From: an uncultured virus (IMG/VR IMGVR_UViG_3300037470_000488)
Taxonomy: Duplodnaviria > Heunggongvirae > Uroviricota > Caudoviricetes
Direction: 5' to 3' (one strand)
DNA: 20,000 bases
Virus record (IMG/VR): IMGVR_UViG_3300037470_000488
Positions 1 to 7,942 of the stretch are shown piece by piece. The notes beneath the pieces are model-generated. The model was not told the origin of the DNA, did not search any database, and saw only the letters and a list, made by a program, of their open reading frames with translations. Made by a program: the position numbers and the translations under genes. Every line of letters begins with the position of its first letter. Within the stretch, counting starts at the first letter, position 1.

Positions 1-2
1 GC

Positions 3-170
3 GCCGCACGCGCCGAGGCCGCTCTCGCCCGCGCCCGCGAGGAAGCAGCCTGGATCCGCCACAACTACCCCGCCCTCACCCACGCCAACGACCGTCTCAC
101 CACCGCCCTCGACCAGCCCCCGCCCGGCCCGGCAGCGACCCAAGCGACCGACGACCCGAAGGAGATCTGA
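3..170 (+). CDS. 3' end of hypothetical phage protein (partial)
   Basis: Open frame from the window edge to TGA 168-170, GC3-rich codons (…ARAREEAAWIRHNYPAL…PGPAATQATDDPKEI*). Confidence 0.6.
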   Translation, partial: AARAEAALARAREEAAWIRHNYPALTHANDRLTTALDQPPPGPAATQATDDPKEI

Positions 171-172
171 CC

Positions 173-388
173 ATGGGATGGGGCTCCGCCTACAGCCTGT
201 TCAACACCGTCGCCGACGCCCTCCGCGAAGCCGGCGCCCCCGACGACATCAAGGAACGCGCCCTCACCAAAGTCATCGCCCGACTCCAGGAAGACGACTG
301 GGACACCGAACTCGACAGCCTCCAGTCCTACCTCGACGACCCTGCGATCGTCCGCGCCTTCGAAGCCAACGGCATCACCTGGGACTGA
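173..388 (+). CDS. Small acidic hypothetical phage protein (71 aa)
   Basis: AAGGAG RBS upstream of ATG; high GC3. Confidence 0.75.
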   Translation: MGWGSAYSLFNTVADALREAGAPDDIKERALTKVIARLQEDDWDTELDSLQSYLDDPAIVRAFEANGITWD

Positions 389-486
389 CCCGGCTTGACG
401 CCCATGCCACCATGAGACCGCTGCCCGAGTCGCACAAGCTGGCGCGGCCCGGGGACGCATGTGGTGCCGGTGATGCAACAGCGCAA

Positions 487-513
487 AGGCCCCGACCGTG
501 ACGGTCGGGGCCT
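487..513. terminator. Hairpin between convergent genes
   Basis: Perfect inverted repeat AGGCCCCGACCGT-G-ACGGTCGGGGCCT between a + gene and a - gene. Confidence 0.7.
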
Positions 514-528
514 CGCTGCATTCCGGGG

Positions 529-1023
529 TCAGGGCCGCCACGACTCCAGGTAGCCGGGCCGGTCCGCGTAGGGCAACGCGAGCAGGTGCAGTACCCCGTG
601 CAGCGTGTCGCGCCTGTGGACGGCAGACTCTTGTTCAAGCTCCGTCATGAGCACATCTTGGCCTCTGGCGTGCAGCTGCTGGCGGACGGTGGCGAGTTCT
701 TCAACCGCCTGAGCAGCGCCGACGTAGCGGTCGAGGACCTGCCGCTTGGCGTCGATCTCCCGCAGCACCCGCGCCGGATCATGCGCAGCAATGTGAGCTG
801 CGTCAGCCCACACGTTGCGGGTCTCGTCCCACGACTCCTGACTCATGGACGGCAGCCACGCCCTCAGATCGGTGTCGTTGCCTTCACCGGACAGGACGGT
901 CGCGGTGTGCCCGTACTGGCCGAGGTGAGTGTCGTGATCGCGCCACGGCCCGGACGTCGCCGACCGCGCGATCCGCTCGTCCTCGTCGATCTGGGCGCGC
1001 AGCCACTGCGCAAGATCATCCAT
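529..1023 (-). CDS. DUF6221-like actinomycete phage protein
   Basis: MDDLAQWLRAQIDEDERIAR…HIAAHDPARVLREIDAKR…LALPYADRPGY…W pattern; GAGGAG RBS before ATG 1023. Confidence 0.8.
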   Translation of the reverse strand: MDDLAQWLRAQIDEDERIARSATSGPWRDHDTHLGQYGHTATVLSGEGNDTDLRAWLPSMSQESWDETRNVWADAAHIAAHDPARVLREIDAKRQVLDRYVGAAQAVEELATVRQQLHARGQDVLMTELEQESAVHRRDTLHGVLHLLALPYADRPGYLESWRP

Positions 1024-1567
1024 GCTCCTCCTCCCGGTCCGCCCACGCCAGCAGCACCGCCGCCAGATCGCGGGCGTACTGCGTGTCATCCACGACACGA
1101 AGCCGGTTGAAGCGGATCGACTTCCCGCGCCCCTGGACGATCACGTAGGCGTCGCCGCCGTCCGGGTAGTCGGCGATGAGCATGCGGGCGTACTGCCCGG
1201 CTTCGGTGCTCTCCAGGAGCGCGGCGAGATCCTGCCGGGTGTACTTCAACGGCACCCGCCAGTCGGCGTCGTTGACGGACTCGTTCTCGTCTTGGGCGAC
1301 GGCAGTCATGGGCTCTCCTTGCTCGGCTTCCGGGGTGAGGTCGGTCCGCTTGCCCTGCTGCTTCGGGTTGGCCTCGAACCAGGCAGCCACCTCGTCACTG
1401 CGGAAGCGCAACTTCGTCTTCTCCATGCCTTCCACCGGAGCAGGCCGGGGGAAGGTGCCGCCGCGCCGATAGGTGTGCACGGACGACCGACTGACGTCGT
1501 ACTTCAGTGCGATCTCGCTGATGGACATCAATCGTGGACTCCCCTCGCTCTCAGGGTTTTTGGGCAC
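1016..1567 (-). CDS. AlpA/Xis-like HTH regulator fused in-frame to a C-terminal unknown domain
   Basis: GGAGG RBS before GTG 1567; LMSISEIALKYDVSRSSVHTYRRGGTFPRP…RFRSDEVAAWF resembles AlpA/excisionase HTH; second RBS (AAGGAG) and ATG at 1309. Confidence 0.7.
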   Translation of the reverse strand: MPKNPESEGSPRLMSISEIALKYDVSRSSVHTYRRGGTFPRPAPVEGMEKTKLRFRSDEVAAWFEANPKQQGKRTDLTPEAEQGEPMTAVAQDENESVNDADWRVPLKYTRQDLAALLESTEAGQYARMLIADYPDGGDAYVIVQGRGKSIRFNRLRVVDDTQYARDLAAVLLAWADREEEHG

Positions 1568-1582
1568 GGCAACATCCTCCCT

Positions 1583-1617
1583 GACTTCTTGACACTTGTC
1601 CAGAAGTCGGCCACTGT
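1583..1617 (+). promoter_or_regulatory. Rightward promoter with overlapping palindromic operator
   Basis: TTGACA (1589-1594)-N17-CACTGT (1612-1617); imperfect palindrome GACTTCTTGACA-CT-TGTCCAGAAGTC (11/12) covers the -35. Confidence 0.65.
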
Positions 1618-1636
1618 GGAACAGCACCAACAGAAC

Positions 1637-1669
1637 GGCCCGGCGTGAGTTCGCACCTCACGCCGGGCC
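1637..1669 (+). repeat. Leader hairpin with TTCGCAC loop
   Basis: 13-bp perfect stem GGCCCGGCGTGAG / CTCACGCCGGGCC. Confidence 0.75.
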
Positions 1670-1697
1670 AGCCACCCTGATCTCACCAGGAGTGACC

Positions 1698-1838
1698 GTG
1701 CCGCAGTCTACGAGCACCACCCCGCAACAACCCACCCCCACGCACGAGCGTGCCGGGCATGACCTCCCGCAACGCCACCCCGTCCCCACCCGCAGGACTC
1801 CCTCCCGCGCCGTGCGCCCGGCGGCTCCCTGTGAGTGA
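1698..1838 (+). CDS. Small hypothetical protein (46 aa)
   Basis: AGGAG RBS then GTG; stop overlaps next start. Confidence 0.4.
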   Translation: MPQSTSTTPQQPTPTHERAGHDLPQRHPVPTRRTPSRAVRPAAPCE

Positions 1839-1962
1839 CATCGACGCCGACATCGACGCCGCCTGGGCCCTCACCCAGCAACGCATCGCCGCAGCCACAG
1901 CCGCCGCCGAGGCCGCCGCCCAGGCCGCACGCGCCGCCGCCGAACAGGCGGCCACCCGATGA
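1831..1962 (+). CDS. Small Ala-rich helical protein (43 aa)
   Basis: GTG overlapping upstream ORF; SDIDADIDAAWALTQQRIAAA…; ATGA overlap with next ORF. Confidence 0.55.
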   Translation: MSDIDADIDAAWALTQQRIAAATAAAEAAAQAARAAAEQAATR

Positions 1963-2087
1963 CCTGCTGCGGCAAACCCATGCAAAAAGACGGCAACCAG
2001 TACGTCTGCCGCAAATGCGGCGCCTGGACCGACCCCGGCACCAACAACCCGACCACCCACCACTTCACCAACACCGAACAGAACTGA
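1959..2087 (+). CDS. Micro zinc-ribbon protein (42 aa)
   Basis: Manual translation MTCCGKPMQKDGNQYVCRKCGAWTDPG…; ATGA coupling; below ORF-track cutoff. Confidence 0.6.
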   Translation: MTCCGKPMQKDGNQYVCRKCGAWTDPGTNNPTTHHFTNTEQN

Positions 2088-2119
2088 CCAGCCACCCCAG
2101 ACCCAGCCGAGGACACCCA

Positions 2120-2314
2120 ATGTTCGGACGCAAAAACAGCGACAAGGCACCCACCGGCCGCGAGGCCGTAGCCCGCCGACTCCAGCAGGCCGGCCTCACC
2201 GTGGCCGGCGAACACGGAAGCCGGGCCGCCAACCGTGTCTCGCAGGTACTCGGCTGCGGACGCATCGAACTGTGCGACAACCCCACCTGCCAGAACTGCA
2301 CACCCACCAGCTGA
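2120..2314 (+). CDS. Small Cys-containing protein (64 aa)
   Basis: GAGGA RBS; MFGRKNSDK…CGRIELCDNPTCQNC. Confidence 0.65.
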   Translation: MFGRKNSDKAPTGREAVARRLQQAGLTVAGEHGSRAANRVSQVLGCGRIELCDNPTCQNCTPTS

Positions 2315-2400
2315 CCGACCGGCCGCCGGGCCCGCCTCGCACGGGCCCGGTCAAAGGGAACCGCGCCAGCGCTTCCAACCCGAACCCAAGAGGACACCCC

Positions 2401-2568
2401 ATGTCGAACCCGACCGCCGCCAACGTGGCCGCCGCCGCAGCCCACCACGCCCGCCAAAACCCCACCACCAACAACATCGCCACCGCCAACGCCATCTGCA
2501 TCGACGCCATCCGCGCCGGCGCCACCGGCACCGAAATCCAGCAAGCCACCCACACCCACCGCAGCTAA
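2401..2568 (+). CDS. Small hypothetical protein (55 aa)
   Basis: GAGGA RBS; high GC3. Confidence 0.65.
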   Translation: MSNPTAANVAAAAAHHARQNPTTNNIATANAICIDAIRAGATGTEIQQATHTHRS

Positions 2569-2596
2569 CCGACTACCCAATCCGAAAGGACCCGCC

Positions 2597-2710
2597 ATGG
2601 GCCTGATCAACCCCGAGACCGACAGCCAAGTCGAGGTGGAGGACGACGGCGACTACACCGTCACCTTCTCCATGACCCTCCCCCCCGCGCCCGCCGACGA
2701 CGAGAGCTGA
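2597..2710 (+). CDS. Acidic micro-protein (37 aa)
   Basis: AAGGA RBS; MGLINPETDSQVEVEDDGDYTVTFSMTLPPAPADDES. Confidence 0.55.
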   Translation: MGLINPETDSQVEVEDDGDYTVTFSMTLPPAPADDES

Positions 2711-2778
2711 CCGGTAGCCCGCGTCTCGCACGCGGGCCCTGGAAATCCGGCCAGCCCCCCACCCGAGAGGAGACCCGC

Positions 2779-2946
2779 ATGCACCGCCCCTTCCACAGCC
2801 CACTCGCCAGATGGGGCTTCACCGCCTGCGCCCTCCTCGCCGCAACCACCGGCCAACCCTGGCCAGCCCTCATCACCGGAGCACTCGCCGCCTACGCCTG
2901 GCGCACCCCCCAACGCCGACGCCGCCGCACCAGGAGCAACCCGTGA
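2779..2946 (+). CDS. Small membrane protein (55 aa)
   Basis: GAGGAG RBS; hydrophobic core and Arg-rich tail; GTGA overlap with next gene. Confidence 0.6.
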   Translation: MHRPFHSPLARWGFTACALLAATTGQPWPALITGALAAYAWRTPQRRRRRTRSNP

Positions 2947-3866
2947 AGACCCCCGCCGCCGCCCTCAAGGACAAGCCACCCATCCTGTACGGCGCCGTCG
3001 CCCTCGCCGCCCTCTCCCTCGCCTGGTCCGTCTACTCGATCACCGACCTCATGAACTCCGGCCCCTACGGACTGACCGTCGCCCTCGCCGGCGACATCGG
3101 CTGGATCACCGTTCTGTGGGCCGAGGCACATGGCGTCACGATCGCCGGACGAACCTGGCCGGCCACGGTCGCAGGCTGGCTGATCGCTGTCGGAGTCGGA
3201 GTTCTCCTCGCCGTACACGGTGCCGCCGCCGCCGAGCACGCCACGGCGCAGGCGATTGCCGGCCCGTTCGTCGTCGCCGTGGGCAAGCTGGTCTGGCTAT
3301 TTGCACTCGCCTCGATGCGCGACCCAGCCGCCCTCACGACCGAGCAGGAGGCCGAGATCCACTCGGTGATGCGGGACTCCGAGTACGAGGCCCGGCTATA
3401 CGGCGCAGAGATCAAGCGGATCGAGCGAGCGGCAGACACGGAGATCGCCCGGATCAACGCCGAGGCGCGCACCGTGCTCGCCCGCGATGACGTCAACTTC
3501 GAAGTCGGTCTCGCGCGGGTCCGTAAGCGCGACGAGATCGCCCGCCGTACCCCGCTCGCGATCACGGCCGGATCTTCCCCCGAGCCGCCGCCCGAAGTGA
3601 TCGGCGAGCAGAACGAACAGCCCCCGAACAACCTGATCATGCTCGCGAACAACCCGGGCGAACACTCCGCGAACAACCCGTTGAACAGGACGAACGTTGT
3701 TCCCGACCGGCCGACCATCGCCGATCTCGTTCGCGAGCAGATCGCGAACACCGAGAACAACACCGACGCGATCAACAACGTCATGGCCGCCCGCCCCGAC
3801 GCCAACCGAGACAGCGTCGCCGCCGCCGTCCGCCGAGCCCGAAGGAAGGCAGGGCCGTACCTGTGA
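2943..3866 (+). CDS. SpdB-like (plasmid spread) membrane protein
   Basis: AGGAG RBS and GTG; about four TM segments, coiled coil, low-complexity linker, basic C-terminal helix; upstream of TraB as in Streptomyces conjugative elements. Confidence 0.65.
   Translation: MKTPAAALKDKPPILYGAVALAALSLAWSVYSITDLMNSGPYGLTVALAGDIGWITVLWAEAHGVTIAGRTWPATVAGWLIAVGVGVLLAVHGAAAAEHATAQAIAGPFVVAVGKLVWLFALASMRDPAALTTEQEAEIHSVMRDSEYEARLYGAEIKRIERAADTEIARINAEARTVLARDDVNFEVGLARVRKRDEIARRTPLAITAGSSPEPPPEVIGEQNEQPPNNLIMLANNPGEHSANNPLNRTNVVPDRPTIADLVREQIANTENNTDAINNVMAARPDANRDSVAAAVRRARRKAGPYL
3605..3759 (+). repeat. Cluster of CGAACA direct repeats (clt-like)
   Basis: Exact CGAACA at 3614, 3625, 3646, 3659, 3670, 3745 plus one-mismatch copies; CGCGAACAACCCG twice (3644, 3668). 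Confidence 0.65.
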
Positions 3867-4162
3867 CCAAGCCGACGCTCCTCCTCACCGCCACGGCCGG
3901 CCTGCTCGCCGCGATCGTGGCCGTCTCCTGGTTCCCCACCAGCCCCCTCCTTGCCGCCGTGGTCGGCTACACGGCCGTCGTCGGGACGCTCGCCCACGGC
4001 ATCGGCGCACCCGTCCTACGCACGATCGGCGCCACCATCGTCGTCCTCGCCGCCGCCGTCGCCCTGCTGCTCCGCGCCCTGCGCCACACCATCGACGTCG
4101 CCCTCTGGATCCTCACCGCAGGCACCGGAGCCGCCGTCCACACCGCCAAGGCCACCGCATGA
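3863..4162 (+). CDS. Small hydrophobic membrane protein (99 aa)
   Basis: Start and stop overlap both neighbours; largely hydrophobic. Confidence 0.7.
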   Translation: MTKPTLLLTATAGLLAAIVAVSWFPTSPLLAAVVGYTAVVGTLAHGIGAPVLRTIGATIVVLAAAVALLLRALRHTIDVALWILTAGTGAAVHTAKATA

Positions 4163-6096
4163 ACCAGACCCCGGTGTACACGCCGATCCCGATGACGATG
4201 ACGACCGACGGCGCAACAAAGACCTACAAAATTCCAGGTCAAGGCGTTGCGAAGCCGTCGTCGTCATCGTCGTCGTCATCTGTCTGGCAGCAGTGCACCC
4301 TGTGCGCGGGCCGCCTCGGGCAGTGGATGTCGCGCCGCCGCTACGAACTCGCTCCCGCAGGAGCGACCAGCGCCCTCACCGTCCTCGGCCTCGCCCAAGA
4401 CGGCATAGGGCCCGCCCTCACCTACGGTCTCCTGGCCGCAGGCTCCGGGGGCGCCGCCTTCCTCGGCCTCAAGCACAAGAACCAGGCCGTCACACACATC
4501 GGCGCCGGAGGATTCATCGCCCTGGCCGACATCACCACCGCAGTCGCGGCTGGCTTCACGTGGCCGACCGCGACCGCGTGGGTCCTCTCCACTGGCGCCG
4601 CATATGGGGTGTACGCGCCGTGGCTGACGACGCAGCGCAACGCCCGCCTCAAGCTGCACGTCGACACCGTCAAAGCAAAGGGCGCCATCCCGGAAGCCCT
4701 CGGCCTGGAGGCAGCCGACCCCGGACTCACCGGCGCCAGCCCGGAAGAGACCGCGCTACGCCGCGGCTTCCACGCCCTCACCGGTGCGGTCCCGTTCGCA
4801 GTGACCGCCTTCCACCGGATGGCCGATGGCTCGTGGTCATGCATCCTCAAAACGCCACCCGGACGGAACAACGCCCCTACCGCCCTGGTGAAGCGGGCCG
4901 CACAGTTGCAGGCCAACATGGGCGTGCCCGGACGGCTCACCCTCGCCGAAGGACCGGAAGCCAACGACCTGATCGTCAAGGTCGCCATGGCGGACACCCT
5001 CGCCGCAACGCTGGAAGTCACCGACACCGGCGTCACCACCTGCCGTAAGCCCGTCCTCCTCGGCCGCGACGAGGACGGCGCCGAATTCCTCCTCACGCTC
5101 CTGTACCGGCACACCCTCGTGGCCGGCGCCTCCGACTGGGGAAAGTCCGGCATCGTCAACCTCATCCTCAAGCGCCTCAACAGGTGCGACGACGTCGACC
5201 TGTACGGCATCGACATGAAACCCGGCGCCCCCGAACTCGGGCCGTGGCGCGACCGGATGAAGGCCCTCGCCACCAACGCCGAACAGTCGCGCGGACTGCT
5301 GGAATGGATTCGCGCCGAATGCGAACGCCGCGGCGCGATCCTCGCCGAACTGTCCCGCAAGGCCATGGCCGAAGGCCGCGGACCGGTCCGCAAGTGGGTG
5401 CCGGGGGAGCACGGCACCGCCATCTTCGTGGTCACCGACGAGCTTGCCGAACTCGTCCGGCAGGACAATGACTTGGCCACCCTGTACGAGTCGCTGCTCG
5501 CGATCGCCCGCTTCCTCGCCATCCAGTTCGTGTCCGCCACGCAGCAGCCCTCCCGGAAAGTGTTCGGCGGATCCACGGACGCCCGCGGCAACTACGCCAA
5601 CCGCCTCTCCACCCGCGCCGGCGAGGCCGGGCACGCCCCATTCATCTTCGGCTCCGGCTGCCAGTCCAAGGGCTGGCGGCCCGAAACCCTCGACCTGCCC
5701 GGCAAGTTCCTCGCACAGACCCCGGAGCACGACAGCCCGCGCGTGTACCGGGCCGAGTACGTGTCCGACACCGACATCGCCGCCGAGGTCGGCTTCTTCT
5801 ACTCCGACGTACGCGACACCGAACCCCAGCCCGCCATCACCGACGAGCCGTGGGTACAGGCGTTCGCACCGCTCTCCTTCCCCGACGGCAGCCAGGTCGG
5901 CAAGGACCAATGGCCCGACCTGTACCGGCTGTTCACCGCCCTGGACGGCGGCGCCACAAAAAAGGAACTGGCCCAGACTGCGCGCGTATCCCGGGACACG
6001 GCGATGCGCGCGATCGAAGAGTGGACCCGGCACGGGGTGTACGAGCGCCGCGACGGCCGCGCCATCCGCTACTACCTGCCGACGGAGGAGTCGTGA
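4159..6096 (+). CDS. traB: TraB-like FtsK/SpoIIIE conjugative DNA translocase
   Basis: N-terminal TM segments; HTLVAGASDWGKS (Walker A), GIDMKPG, FVVTDELAEL (Walker B), SATQQPS; C-terminal wHTH-like TKKELAQTARVSRDTAMRAIEEW. Confidence 0.85.
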   Translation: MNQTPVYTPIPMTMTTDGATKTYKIPGQGVAKPSSSSSSSSVWQQCTLCAGRLGQWMSRRRYELAPAGATSALTVLGLAQDGIGPALTYGLLAAGSGGAAFLGLKHKNQAVTHIGAGGFIALADITTAVAAGFTWPTATAWVLSTGAAYGVYAPWLTTQRNARLKLHVDTVKAKGAIPEALGLEAADPGLTGASPEETALRRGFHALTGAVPFAVTAFHRMADGSWSCILKTPPGRNNAPTALVKRAAQLQANMGVPGRLTLAEGPEANDLIVKVAMADTLAATLEVTDTGVTTCRKPVLLGRDEDGAEFLLTLLYRHTLVAGASDWGKSGIVNLILKRLNRCDDVDLYGIDMKPGAPELGPWRDRMKALATNAEQSRGLLEWIRAECERRGAILAELSRKAMAEGRGPVRKWVPGEHGTAIFVVTDELAELVRQDNDLATLYESLLAIARFLAIQFVSATQQPSRKVFGGSTDARGNYANRLSTRAGEAGHAPFIFGSGCQSKGWRPETLDLPGKFLAQTPEHDSPRVYRAEYVSDTDIAAEVGFFYSDVRDTEPQPAITDEPWVQAFAPLSFPDGSQVGKDQWPDLYRLFTALDGGATKKELAQTARVSRDTAMRAIEEWTRHGVYERRDGRAIRYYLPTEES

Positions 6097-6416
6097 ACCC
6101 CCACCTGCCCGCCGAGCAGCAGGTACAGATCGGCTACGACATGGCCGGCCAGCCCATGTACGCGCCGCCGGTCCCGTACCAGTACCAGCCTGCGCAGTCG
6201 TACCCGCTGCCCCCGGTCAAGGCTCATCCTTGGGGTGCGTACGCGGGCCTCGGTTGCGTGGGCGTTCTTGCGCTCGGTTTTGTGGTGGTGTTGGTCGGGT
6301 TCGTGGTGTTCGGGTTCGCGATCCTGGCTGCGGTCCTTGCGTTGGCGGTGGTGGCGTTGACGATCTGCGTGCTGGTGCTGCGCGGCCTGTGGCGCGACTA
6401 CCAGAGGACGAGTTGA
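6093..6416 (+). CDS. Small membrane protein, Pro/Tyr/Gln-rich N-terminus
   Basis: GGAGGAG RBS, GTGA overlap with traB; long hydrophobic segment. Confidence 0.7.
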   Translation: MNPHLPAEQQVQIGYDMAGQPMYAPPVPYQYQPAQSYPLPPVKAHPWGAYAGLGCVGVLALGFVVVLVGFVVFGFAILAAVLALAVVALTICVLVLRGLWRDYQRTS

Positions 6417-6456
6417 CAGTCCTGCCAGACTGGGGCGCCGGGACCGCCCGGCACAA

Positions 6457-6493
6457 CGAAGGCCACCAGACTCCCCCCGTCTGGTGGCCTTCG
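6457..6493. terminator. Hairpin between convergent operons
   Basis: 15-bp perfect stem CGAAGGCCACCAGAC / GTCTGGTGGCCTTCG, 7-nt loop. Confidence 0.75.
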
Positions 6494-6508
6494 CCCATTC
6501 CCGCCCGG

Positions 6509-6715
6509 CTACGCTCCGGGCCCCGCGCCGGGATTCGTGCGCTTGCTGTTCTGGGGCAGGAAGGCGGCGGCCACGCCGACGATCGTGCCTGGGATGACCG
6601 TGATGGCGATGAGCCACCACAGGGAGGGTTTTGGTCCTGCGAGTAGTGCGATGGCGAGGCAGGTGATGGTGGGGGTGATGGCGAGTAGGGCTATGAGGGT
6701 GCTGCGTTTACTCAC
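6509..6715 (-). CDS. Small two-TM membrane protein
   Basis: GAGGAG RBS, GTGA overlap; two hydrophobic stretches. Confidence 0.6.
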   Translation of the reverse strand: MSKRSTLIALLAITPTITCLAIALLAGPKPSLWWLIAITVIPGTIVGVAAAFLPQNSKRTNPGAGPGA

Positions 6716-7197
6716 GTGGTCTCCTCGTCCAGGGTGATCGACACCTCCGGCCACGCCTTCCCATCCGACGGCATCAGCGTGGCCCTCCCCACGAGCCAGC
6801 CGCACATCACGATCTCGACATCGGATGGATCGGTGTCCAGCGGCAGATTGGCCATCTCCTGCTCGGTCACCTCGCGTCCCCGGTAGCGGTGCTTCGCTTC
6901 GCCGACGAGTCGGCCGAACGGAAGGGTGTAGGCAGCGTCGAGCATGCCGACGAGGCGCCCGGCTCGGATCTCGGCTGCGATCTCCTCGGCGTCTGGGTGT
7001 TCTTCGTCCAGGATCCCGGCGTAGCGGAGTAGATCGCCGTCGAGCCATACGCGGTCGATGCGGCCGATGCCGGGTTTGCCGGGGCGGTCGAGCGGGAGTG
7101 GCATGGGGCGAGTGAGTTCGGGATGTGGGTCGTCAAGTCGCCGGCCGTCTGCGGTGACGGTGTGGAGGACGGCGAGTACGCCGGTGAAGGTGGTCAT
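6712..7197 (-). CDS. Hypothetical protein resembling an actinophage capsid-maturation-protease domain
   Basis: AAGGAG RBS; FTGVLAV…TADGRR…PLPL…IGRIDRVWLDG…GRATLMP…AWPEVSITL. Resemblance from memory only. Confidence 0.55.
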   Translation of the reverse strand: MTTFTGVLAVLHTVTADGRRLDDPHPELTRPMPLPLDRPGKPGIGRIDRVWLDGDLLRYAGILDEEHPDAEEIAAEIRAGRLVGMLDAAYTLPFGRLVGEAKHRYRGREVTEQEMANLPLDTDPSDVEIVMCGWLVGRATLMPSDGKAWPEVSITLDEETT

Positions 7198-7646
7198 GCG
7201 GTGGGCTCCTTGCTGGCCGTCGGGCGCTCCGGCGGTTCGGTCCCGCGCCAGTACTCGGCAGCTTCCTTCTGCATCTTGTCGATCCACGCAGCCGTCTGCT
7301 CCGGGTCGTCCTTGACGCTGACGGGGCCAGGGTCGGTGAACGGCTGGTTGATCGTCACGTCGGATGCCGACGGCTCGAACGTGGTGAGCAGCAGCTCACG
7401 CTCACGCTCACGGCGCAGCTTCTCCCGCTCCCAGTCGCTCAGACACACGCCCATGACACCGTCCAGCACCCGCCCTGCCGAGTCGTAGGGGATGTTCTCA
7501 CGCTGCATCTCCGACTCCATGACGCCGAGCAGGGATCGCAGCGTCTCCACCTGCGTGTGGAAGAACTGGTCGTGTTGGTGGGCGTGGCGTGCGCCGGGGC
7601 GCTGGTTGAGGTGGTGCTCGATGATCTGATCTGTGCGGTCGCTCAT
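7194..7646 (-). CDS. Hypothetical protein (150 aa)
   Basis: GAGGAG RBS; ATGA overlaps on both sides. Confidence 0.7.
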   Translation of the reverse strand: MSDRTDQIIEHHLNQRPGARHAHQHDQFFHTQVETLRSLLGVMESEMQRENIPYDSAGRVLDGVMGVCLSDWEREKLRRERERELLLTTFEPSASDVTINQPFTDPGPVSVKDDPEQTAAWIDKMQKEAAEYWRGTEPPERPTASKEPTA

Positions 7647-7936
7647 GCGGTCTGCTCCTCGCTGGGCACCGGGCGCTCCGGCTTGCGCAGTCGGTCGGCG
7701 CGGTCCTTGTAACGCGCGTCCGGCTCGATGCCAGCCTCCCGCGCCATCTTCCGCACATGCGCCGCAGTCCAGCCTGACGCCTTGGTGACATCGGTCGGCC
7801 GGTGCTCGCCATCCCTCAGCGCGGTGAGGACGAGTTCCTTCAGCGCGTCACCAGACTGCTTGAGGCGGTCGGCGTCTCGCTGGCGGCGTGCGCCGGCCGC
7901 TGCGATCTCGTCGAGCGTGGGTCCCTGGGTCGTCAT
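7643..7936 (-). CDS. Small HTH DNA-binding protein, probably leaderless
   Basis: RPTDVTKASGWTAAHVRKMAREAG helix-turn-helix pattern; TACCTT 6 nt upstream of ATG and no RBS. Confidence 0.7.
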   Translation of the reverse strand: MTTQGPTLDEIAAAGARRQRDADRLKQSGDALKELVLTALRDGEHRPTDVTKASGWTAAHVRKMAREAGIEPDARYKDRADRLRKPERPVPSEEQTA

Positions 7937-7942
7937 GAGAAC

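Noticed and set aside
3605..3759. CRISPR array
   Set aside because: Repeats are 6-13 bp with irregular short spacing; no cas genes.
3697..4158. N-terminal extension of the 799-aa ORF
   Set aside because: Arg/Pro/His-rich shadow overlapping two better genes; ATG 4159 couples to the upstream stop.
4258..4281. TCG/TCA run encoding poly-Ser in traB
   Set aside because: Short in-frame low-complexity linker; triplet slippage would not switch phase.
4422..6646. Long alternative-frame and antisense ORFs over traB
   Set aside because: Typical high-GC shadows with no motifs, unlike the nested HNH, which has a full catalytic signature.
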